Shown here in pieces: positions 30,810 through 39,200 of a stretch of 49,125 bases of DNA. The notes beneath the pieces were generated by a model that saw only the letters and a list, made by a program, of their open reading frames with translations, was not told the origin of the DNA and ran no database searches. The position numbers and the translations under genes are program-made. This DNA is from Promethearchaeota archaeon. Its GTDB lineage: Archaea > Asgardarchaeota > Lokiarchaeia > Sigyniarchaeales > SOKP01. Where the stretch lies: assembly GCA_019057795.1 (NCBI GenBank), contig JAHLWS010000041.1:1-49125 (forward strand). Direction: 5' to 3'. Position 1 is the stretch's first letter. The number at the start of each line of letters is the position of its first letter.

Positions 30810-32180
30810 TCATTTCAAAAACTTTTTTTCTTTAGCGTCCAATTCAAACCAATCACCTACGTCTTTTAGCTGTTTCCTTGAAGAATTACATAATGTTTTT
30901 AAGAATGGGATAAAATCTTGAACCACTTCAATATCTGAGATTTTGTACTTCTTTTGAATTTTTTCCACTAATAACTTTTCATTTGTTGATAAAGAAAAAA
31001 AGCCAGTAGATGTGAACCTTGGAAACATTATTCTACGAAAACCTTCATCCTCCCTTCTCCGCTTTCTTGATAAAACAACGCCACCAGCAAAAAGATCGTA
31101 AAAGTAAGGTAGTAACGACCAATACTGGTTTTTACGGATTCTACCAAAGATTTCGTCTGCTAAAGATAAGTTTTCTAAAGCCTGAGCGATTTCCTTGTTA
31201 ATTCTGATAAATGTAGGAAGGCTTTCGTTTACCCATTTATATAATAAATTATAATCTACATCTGATTTATCCGTTAAACTTCGAGCTTCAATTAATGTGT
31301 TAGTTTTTTGAAATAAATCTCTAATTAAAGAAAAAATTTCTTCCGTACTATCCCTATTTAGCTTCAAAATCAACTCTTTAGCGTCCCTATCTAAAGAGCC
31401 TTGACTTATGCCTTGTAAATCGTTAATAACTCCGCGCAAATCTCCGTGGTTTTTTTCAACAATTAAGCTTAAATCTTTTTCGCTCAAGTTTGAAATCTTT
31501 TCTTTTTTAATTATTTTTCTCGCGATTTTCGACACTTCTTCGTTAGATAATGGGTATATTTCAAATTTTTTTACTTTCTTGTATAATGACTGAAGGTTTT
31601 GTTTGTATTCATTAGAACACATAATAATAGGAAATTGCGTATCTTCTATAAGCTTTAATATCGTTGGAACTGCCCCTCTATCAGTTACTCCGTAAATTCC
31701 GTCAATTTCATCTATTAAAATCAATTTTTTTTTACTTTCGACTATAAAATCCATAATCCCTCGAGATTTTGTAGTTTCGCTTAATTTGGCTTCTAAATCA
31801 CTTCTAGTTCGAGTATCTGAGGCATTAGTCTCCACAACCTCCATATTCAGATCATTTGCTAAAGCATATGCTATGGTAGTTTTCCCCACTCCTGGAGGCC
31901 CCTCAAGTAAGGCTGCTGCTTTGTCAGAGGCTAATTTTAGCTCTTCTTTATGATCTTTTTCTTCGTGAGTTCGATTATATGCTCGAATTTTTTTATTTGT
32001 TTCGTTAATTTTTCTTTTTTCTTTAAAAAAGTTTACTACAAAACGGTGTAATTCTTCTGTCAAATCAACTTTGTGGCCACCAACTTTAGCAGTAGGTGGT
32101 GCCATCTCCTTAATTGACTTTGGCCTGTATTTTTCCACCCATGTAGTATTTGAATTAGTAGTTATTGCCATATAACCCAC
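30810..32180 (-). CDS. rfcL: Replication factor C large subunit
   Basis: WVEKYRPKS, GPPGVGKT, ETNASDTR, LIDEIDG, GDLRGVINDLQ, ADEIFGRI..QYWSLLPY. Confidence 0.93.
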   Translation of the reverse strand: MGYMAITTNSNTTWVEKYRPKSIKEMAPPTAKVGGHKVDLTEELHRFVVNFFKEKRKINETNKKIRAYNRTHEEKDHKEELKLASDKAAALLEGPPGVGKTTIAYALANDLNMEVVETNASDTRTRSDLEAKLSETTKSRGIMDFIVESKKKLILIDEIDGIYGVTDRGAVPTILKLIEDTQFPIIMCSNEYKQNLQSLYKKVKKFEIYPLSNEEVSKIARKIIKKEKISNLSEKDLSLIVEKNHGDLRGVINDLQGISQGSLDRDAKELILKLNRDSTEEIFSLIRDLFQKTNTLIEARSLTDKSDVDYNLLYKWVNESLPTFIRINKEIAQALENLSLADEIFGRIRKNQYWSLLPYFYDLFAGGVVLSRKRRREDEGFRRIMFPRFTSTGFFSLSTNEKLLVEKIQKKYKISDIEVVQDFIPFLKTLCNSSRKQLKDVGDWFELDAKEKKFLK

Positions 32181-33227
32181 CTAAATAAATTCTGAAAAAT
32201 AACAGATTTTTGCTAGTAAATTCGAAACTTGAATATCGACATCTCTTCCTTCAATCGCTCTAAAGTCAGCTTCCGCTATTAAATTTATCAATTTACTTCT
32301 AGAGTACTTACTTAAAGGTATTTTTGTAAGCTCGGTTAGCAAAATTTTAAACATTTCTTGAGAATTAAATTTATAATTTGTTTGAATTTTTCGAGATAGT
32401 TCTCGCGCTTTAGGAAAGTCTCCTCTGAAACACATTAATAGAAGGCTTCTTATCATGTCCTTTTGAGAATTTATTGAATTTTCGTATAATTTGTCTAAGT
32501 CAATAACATCTCCACTTATAGAGCAAAGCTGTAACAAATCTATCGCACGCGAGAGTTTCCCTCCTGTGGTTTTGTAAAGAAATTCTATAACCTCGCGTTT
32601 AATTTTTAGGGATTCTTTTTGAGCAATGTCAAGTATAAGGCTTTCAAAAGAGCTATAATTAACTGGTGAAACTAAAAATATTTGGCATCGACTCATTATT
32701 GGATCAATTATTTTTGAAATTTTAGTCGTAATTAATATCATTCTACAATTAGTGCCATAAATTTCCATTAATCTCCGAAAAGCTTGTTGATTAGATCCTA
32801 AATAATCAAAATTTTTTACAATTAGAATTTTAAACGGAACATCCCCTAACACTTTTAATTGAACAAACGGCTTAATTTTAACCTGTATAAATGCGGGAGT
32901 AGATATTGTTTTTCCTGCCAAACTTCCTAACCTACTAGTTGATATGTGTGCATTTGAGCGAGCTTGTTTCATCTCTTCGCTTGTTAAAGGAACATTTGCG
33001 TAAACTAATTTAAAATTTGTATTATAATACCCCCCCAAGAATTCTCTCGAAAAAAGGCGCGCAATTGTTGTTTTTCCAATACCTTTGGCTCCTATGAATA
33101 ACAGGTGTGGAAAGTTTCTACTTTTAATATATTCCTTTAATCTTTCTTTAATGTCCTCTCTACCACATACACCATCCAAAATCATCGGCAAATATTTAAT
33201 GCGCCATATAGGAATTTCTGAAAGCAA
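32181..33227 (-). CDS. Divergent RFC small subunit (degenerate Walker B)
   Basis: FPHLLFIGAKGIGKT; ILIVKNFD in place of hhhhDE; RRLME; SKIIDPIMSRC; about 25-aa insert before Walker B. Confidence 0.88.
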   Translation of the reverse strand: MLSEIPIWRIKYLPMILDGVCGREDIKERLKEYIKSRNFPHLLFIGAKGIGKTTIARLFSREFLGGYYNTNFKLVYANVPLTSEEMKQARSNAHISTSRLGSLAGKTISTPAFIQVKIKPFVQLKVLGDVPFKILIVKNFDYLGSNQQAFRRLMEIYGTNCRMILITTKISKIIDPIMSRCQIFLVSPVNYSSFESLILDIAQKESLKIKREVIEFLYKTTGGKLSRAIDLLQLCSISGDVIDLDKLYENSINSQKDMIRSLLLMCFRGDFPKARELSRKIQTNYKFNSQEMFKILLTELTKIPLSKYSRSKLINLIAEADFRAIEGRDVDIQVSNLLAKICYFSEFI

Positions 33228-33253
33228 GCCCCTTTCCTCCCTGATTATAAAAA

Positions 33254-34249
33254 TTAAGTGTCTATTTTGATATTTCTTATCAATTCACCAATCAAAGCAA
33301 GCAATTGAATTTTCGTATCTGCTCCTTGGCTAATTCTATAATCTATATCTCCGATAAAAGCAACTAATTTGTGATAATTGCTCGATTCTATATTTAGACC
33401 ACCTATTCTTTCCATTATTTGTCTTAGGAAATTTCTACTGTCTAAATTTTCAATTGTAAGAAAAATTTTTCTCGCTCCCTCAAAATTTTTAGAATGAAGC
33501 GTTTTAATTAACTTTTCTAACGTTGAATCATCTAAAAAACCGGAAATCTTTAAAATTTCGTTTAAATCTAAATTGTCTAACAACTCAAGTGCAACTGACA
33601 TTTGTAAAGTATTAATAGCTTTTCTTAAATCGCCTCCTGCGATAAAAAATAACGCTTCATAAAATTCATTTACTTGAGTTTGGGGAATTTGTAATTTTTC
33701 TTGTTCTGAAATGAACATTAATCGCTCTATTATTTTCTCCTTAGGTAATTTAGCAAACCTAAATACTGCACACCTTGAAATAATTGGATCGATTATTCTA
33801 TTGATATAATTGCATATTAATATAAATTTCACGCTACTTGATGCCTTTTCTATAATTCTCCTGAGTGCTTGCTGAACTTGTTTGGGTATATTGTCCGCTT
33901 CGTCAAGAATTATAACTTTTAACATATCATCCCCAACAACTAGATTTTGATTTACAAAACCTTTAATTGCGTTTCTAACGTAGTCCATTCTTACGGTGTC
34001 TGATGCGTTCAACTCTAAAACATTTGCAAAATAATTCTGTTTTTTAATCACATTTTTAGCAATAATTAATGCTGTGCTTGTTTTACCCGTGCCCGCAGGA
34101 CCAGTAAAAATCATATGGGGCATATTACCGTTTTTTACGAAATTTTTTAAGTTATTAATAGCGATATTTTGGCTTACAATTTCATCAAACGAATTAGGTC
34201 TATATTTTTCCACCCAAGGAGTTTCTAAATCGATCAAGGTACAAATCAT
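33254..34249 (-). CDS. rfcS: Replication factor C small subunit
   Basis: PWVEKYRP, GPAGTGKT, ELNASD, ILDEAD, QQALRR, PIISRC, GGDLRKAIN. Confidence 0.95.
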   Translation of the reverse strand: MICTLIDLETPWVEKYRPNSFDEIVSQNIAINNLKNFVKNGNMPHMIFTGPAGTGKTSTALIIAKNVIKKQNYFANVLELNASDTVRMDYVRNAIKGFVNQNLVVGDDMLKVIILDEADNIPKQVQQALRRIIEKASSSVKFILICNYINRIIDPIISRCAVFRFAKLPKEKIIERLMFISEQEKLQIPQTQVNEFYEALFFIAGGDLRKAINTLQMSVALELLDNLDLNEILKISGFLDDSTLEKLIKTLHSKNFEGARKIFLTIENLDSRNFLRQIMERIGGLNIESSNYHKLVAFIGDIDYRISQGADTKIQLLALIGELIRNIKIDT

Positions 34250-34264
34250 TCTATATTTCTGCTT

Positions 34265-34741
34265 TTAATCTTCAAGGTTTTCTTTCGAGAGATCTAGTTC
34301 CAAAACCTCGTATACTTTCTTAAAATGCATCTTTATGTAAAGATTAGCCGCTTCCTTCGCTTTTTCTTTAATATTTACTTTTATTTTTTCTACTTTTATC
34401 TTCTGTAAATGTTCAATAGCTTTTCTAACAAGTAATTCGCCTATGCCTTGCCCCCTGTATCCCTCTTTAAGAAACACTTGTTTAATATACCCCTCAGAAG
34501 CACCAAATGGATCGATTCGCAACTCCGCGATAATCATACCGATAACTTCGTTATCTTTATCTTCATCTATCGCTATTAAAATACCATGTCTCTGTAAAGG
34601 ATCATAAAGCCGTCTGCGGATGCCCCAATCAAACCGTTTGGGATCAAATTTATCTCCAAATCTTGAAATCAATAATTTCATTAAAGCTTGCAAAGAATCA
34701 ATTTGATCTGGTGTAGCATTTTCAATTCTAATATTATTCAT
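34265..34741 (-). CDS. GNAT family N-acetyltransferase
   Basis: Motif A VFLKEGYRGQGIGELL; AANLY. Confidence 0.88.
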   Translation of the reverse strand: MNNIRIENATPDQIDSLQALMKLLISRFGDKFDPKRFDWGIRRRLYDPLQRHGILIAIDEDKDNEVIGMIIAELRIDPFGASEGYIKQVFLKEGYRGQGIGELLVRKAIEHLQKIKVEKIKVNIKEKAKEAANLYIKMHFKKVYEVLELDLSKENLED

Positions 34742-34892
34742 ATTAAATCAACGAGAAAATCATAATTATTAACAATCAATTATTAATTAATTTTTCAAAA
34801 TTTATATTTTCTTGATTACAGTTAATAAAAATCATGAAAAATATGTAATTTTATTCAATGAATTTATATTAATTTTTACAAAATAAGAAAAT

Positions 34893-35174
34893 TTAGCGGG
34901 CTGAAACGCCATCCCATGCTTTTACTTCAGGATCCTCATATCCACACACACTACATTTTTGGTTTACTTCCCATGCTTCTAATGCAGGATGAACTCTCGT
35001 AAAAAGCGACCCACACTGCTGGCATACCAAATATTTAGCTCCACAGCCATCGCACATCTTTAATTGCCCTTTTTCAACGAACCGAAATGTCCTTGACATC
35101 CAGTCGTCGTTAACTAATCGAAAGGTCTCTCCACCACATTGAATACAATGTTTTCCATCAAATTCTTCTCCCAT
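34893..35174 (-). CDS. Small double Zn-ribbon protein
   Basis: Four CxxCG knuckles (CIQCG, CDGCG, CQQCG, CSVCG) in 93 aa. Confidence 0.8.
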   Translation of the reverse strand: MGEEFDGKHCIQCGGETFRLVNDDWMSRTFRFVEKGQLKMCDGCGAKYLVCQQCGSLFTRVHPALEAWEVNQKCSVCGYEDPEVKAWDGVSAR

Positions 35175-35324
35175 ATAATCACTTCAAATGTTTTTTAAGA
35201 ATTTTAACTTCAAATTTTATAAATAGTTAATAGAGTTTATATTTAAAAAATTAAAGTTTTTTACATTTAAAATTGCTTCGATAAATAGTATTTAAATTAT
35301 AAGAGAAAAAAAAATGATATAAAA

Positions 35325-35648
35325 TTACATTTCTAACTTTTTAACGGTTCCGCTTGTAGCCACTTCAGGATTAACTTTTTCCAATTCACCAATTAATTGA
35401 AAAACCTTATCGTCATTTAAAGCTTCTCCAAATTTTACCAACATTTCTTTAGATCCAACAAATAAGCCCTTTCTTTTCATCGGTTTACCATCATCCTTTA
35501 GAGGATTAATTTCTAGGAATAGTAATGCTGGTCTAGTTTTAGTAGCAGGGACCTTTACTACAAAAACTCCAGGTACAGGAGCTTCCATTTTTTCCCAATC
35601 AGCTGCGTTTTTTAGATGGTTTCTTAACTGAGTTTCTATATCAGCCAT
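35325..35648 (-). CDS. Hypothetical protein (possibly small nucleic-acid-binding beta protein)
   Basis: PVPGVFVVKVP..LEINP..GKPMKRKGL; ATG at 35648 follows AAGTGA. Function not established. Confidence 0.7.
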   Translation of the reverse strand: MADIETQLRNHLKNAADWEKMEAPVPGVFVVKVPATKTRPALLFLEINPLKDDGKPMKRKGLFVGSKEMLVKFGEALNDDKVFQLIGELEKVNPEVATSGTVKKLEM

Positions 35649-35943
35649 ATTCAATCACTTCTTTTTTAATTTGAAATTTATATTTTATATGTTACATGTA
35701 AGACATAAGATATATATTATTTTCTAATATAAAATTTATGATATATAATATTTGAAGGTCAAGGTCTTATTTGAACAGAGAGAAATCCCAAACTGATTAA
35801 ATCTCCCAATAGAGACTCTATTTTTTTTCGTCGGATTTCTTGGGGTCGATTTCCATTAAAAAGTTTAAATATCACCTCCGTATATATAATTGTATAGAAA
35901 AACGAAGAGTTTTTACAAAGAACTCAAAAATTTGGTGATTAAA

Positions 35944-36147
35944 ATAAAGTTAATTTCAGTAAATTTACCCGAAAATTATTTAAAGGTTTTAGAAGTGCTC
36001 GTTTCGGAGGGCAAGTTTCCAAATCGAAGCGAAGCAATACGAGTCGGAATTAGAGACTTGATTAGGACGGAGTATCTTATAGAGCAGTCAGTGAGGAGTA
36101 AATTTAGTCAAAATTTAATAGAAACTGAGATTGAAAGCGAAATTTAG
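35944..36147 (+). CDS. Ribbon-helix-helix (CopG/Arc/MetJ) regulator, CdrS-like
   Basis: KLISVNLPE..LVSEGKFPNRSEAIRVGIRDLI. Start placed at the ATA 5 nt after GGTGA (the ORF track starts at 35890). Confidence 0.85.
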   Translation: MKLISVNLPENYLKVLEVLVSEGKFPNRSEAIRVGIRDLIRTEYLIEQSVRSKFSQNLIETEIESEI

Positions 36148-36248
36148 AAATTAAACTATTTTCTTTTTTTCTTTTCTTTTTTAAAATTCTAATTGATAAT
36201 AGAAAGTGGATTATAAATTTATAAAATAATTCAAAATGAGATTTTTTT

Positions 36249-39200
36249 TTATTTCGACATTAATTCTTTTATTTTTTTCCTCCTTTCAGCTCGCCTAGCA
36301 GCAATTTTCACTCGTATATCGTCAATTTCGTCTTTTGGAACCTCTACTTTCTGTTCTTGAACTGTTTTAATATCTAATTCCTTTTTATAAGTGTTTACCT
36401 TATTTTCTATTAAGGATATATATTTAATACCAATTTTTGTCTCTCTTAGATTAAATATCGCTTCATTAAGTTCCGTAATAGCTCTCATGAAAAGGTTATT
36501 TGATAGAGAGATTTGAGCGTTGTCTAAAGCTCGATAAGCTAATTCAAATTTATTAATATTTTCATCCCTTTCGAGTTCACTTATTGTAATAATAGGTACT
36601 TGACTGGCATTTTCTAAAACTTCAATTTGTTTATTCATTTGCTTTACTAATTTGTCTTGTTTCAATTTTTCTAATTTCTTAATTACTTTTTTTAACTTTA
36701 ATATTCCTTCGTTATATCTAAGCGTTTTAATAATGCCATTAGCTACGTCTAATTCTTTTTGAACGATTTCCTCCCGCCGTTTCCGTTTTTCTTCTTTCCT
36801 TATTTGATCGAGCTCTATTCGTTTTTTCTCTGCTTCTTGTAATAAAACTTCCAGCTCTTTTTTCTCTTCAACTTTTTTCTGTTGCATGGCTTTTATTTTT
36901 TCTGTTTGTTTCATTTCTTTTTTAAGTATAAATAATAAATCGTTGTTAATTCGACTAACTTCATGTTGCCATCCAATTTGTTTAAATAAATCTCGCCCCA
37001 TAATATACTTTTCAAAAGCTTCTTCAAATTTCTTTTTGTTTTTAAATTTAGTTCCTTCTTCTAAAAAATGATAAGCGTTTTCTGAAATTTCTTTCTCTCT
37101 TTCTTTTTCCTTCTGTATAACTAAAAACTCTCGTCTCCTTTGATCCTGTTGCATTTTTTGTAAATCCTTAGCTTTTATTATTTCATCTTCAATTTGAGCT
37201 TCAAGTTTTAATTTCTCTGCTTTTTGCCTTTCGGTAACTTTTTGTTCTTGTTCAATTTTTTCCTTTTTTAGTTTAATTACTTTAATAGATTCTTTAATCA
37301 TTTTCTGACCTTCGGACCAATTAATCTCGACAAATATTTTCTCGCTCTCCTTATAAAATTTTACAGCTTTATCGAAATTCTTTTGTTTGAACTCTTTTTT
37401 TGCCAGATCCATAAAGTTAAAAGCTTGCTCTCTTTTGGATTCATATTCTAACGCATGTTTTCTTTTTAGTTCAAGGGCTTGAGCTTTTTGTTTTAATAAC
37501 TCTTCTTCTGCCTCTCTTGCTAAAGATGTTTCGATTTTTCGTTTCTTTATTTCTTCTTCTTCTTTTGAGATCTTTTCTGTTTCCAAGTCTCTTAGTTTTT
37601 TATCAGCCTTCGACTTCTCTTGATAGTGGTGTATGGAGTTGATTATTTGATTAGCTTGTTCGTTCCATCCGATCTTTTTAAATTCTTTTTTTGCCGTCAT
37701 GTACATATTAATTATTTCTTCGTATGGCGGTTCAATATTCAAAATTCCTTTTTTCTTTTTAATTTCATACTCCTGACCCAATTTTTCGGCGCGATTGATA
37801 ATATTAAAAATTTCCTCAGATTCTTTTGTTTTAGCTTTTTTTATCTTCTCAAATTCTATAATTTTCTTTTCATGAGCAAAAACTTCTTCTTTCGGTTTAT
37901 ATTTCAATTTTTCCTTATATGCTTCTAATTTTTGTTGTTCAAGTAATCGTAGATTATCATCTTTTACTTTTTTTTCTTTATAAAAGGTTATGGTACTTAT
38001 TAATCGGTGTGCCTCTTCTTTCCACCCTATTTTCTGGAATAATTTTCTAGCTTTTTCATAGTTTGAAATTGCTTTTTCATATGGGCTTGTATAATATAAA
38101 ACATCTTTTTTTAAACTTAACTCATAGCTTCTTACCTCGTTTTCAGCTTCATTAATATGGGCCATAGCTTCGTTCAAAAAGCGATCTGCTTCTCTGTCTT
38201 TACTTTCGATTGCTTGTATCTCTTGAAGTTTAAGTTTCTTAACTTCTTTAGTAATTTTTAATGATTCTTTAAAATCCTTTTGTTTTTCTTCTTTTTTAAC
38301 CTCTAATTCACGTAAACGTTTATCTCTTTCATATTTTTCTCGGTAATGATTAATTTGATTACCATATATATCTGCCTCGTCTTTCCAACCTCGAGCATAT
38401 ACTTTTTCTCTAATCTTTTTATATAATTCTGCTATTATCAAATAAGGACACTTTTTTTCAAATTGCCCTCTCTTAATAGCTAAATCATACTCTCGGGCTA
38501 ACTTTTCAGCGTTGTCTACCAAATCATCGATTTCCCTTTCAAATCTTTCCTCGTCCTGTTCTTGTTTTGATAAAATTTCAAGATTTTTCAATTTATCAAC
38601 AGTTAACCCTTCCGTTTTTACTTTCAGTGATTCTTTAAACTCTTTTTGCTTTTGAATTTTGTCTAGTTCAATTTGACGTAATTTTTTATCTCTTTCTAAT
38701 TTCTCTTGATAAATTTTAATTTGCTTAGCATATATTAACGCTTGATCCGTCCATCCTCTTGTTAAAACTTTATTTCGCAACTTTGTATAGATTTCAATAA
38801 TTTCAAAATAAGGAACTTCTCCTAAATCTTTTCCTTCTTTTAAAGCATGTTTTTTAGCTATTTCATATTCTCTAGCTAATTTCTCTGCTTTGTCAACGAT
38901 TCCAGTAATTTCTTTTTGAAAATTTTGTTCTTCTAGCTTTTTTGATTTTTTACTTTCAATTTCTTTTAATTTTTCAAGGGGTATACTTTCCGTTTTTACT
39001 CTTAGAGATTCTTCAAATTCTTTTCTTTTTTGAATCTTATGAATCTCTATTTCTCTTAACTTATTATCGCTTTTCAATTTTTCCTCGTAAATTCTTATTT
39101 GGTTCGTATACATTAATATTTGGTCCTTCCACTCTCTTGAAATAACTCCTTCTCTAATCTGATGATATATTTCAATTATTCTACTATATGGTGAATTTTC

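Noticed and set aside
32074-32105. CCACC..GGTGG hairpin within the rfcL N-terminal insert as a second possible intron
   Set aside because: The frame is uninterrupted and no pair of 3-nt bulges around a 4-bp helix was found.
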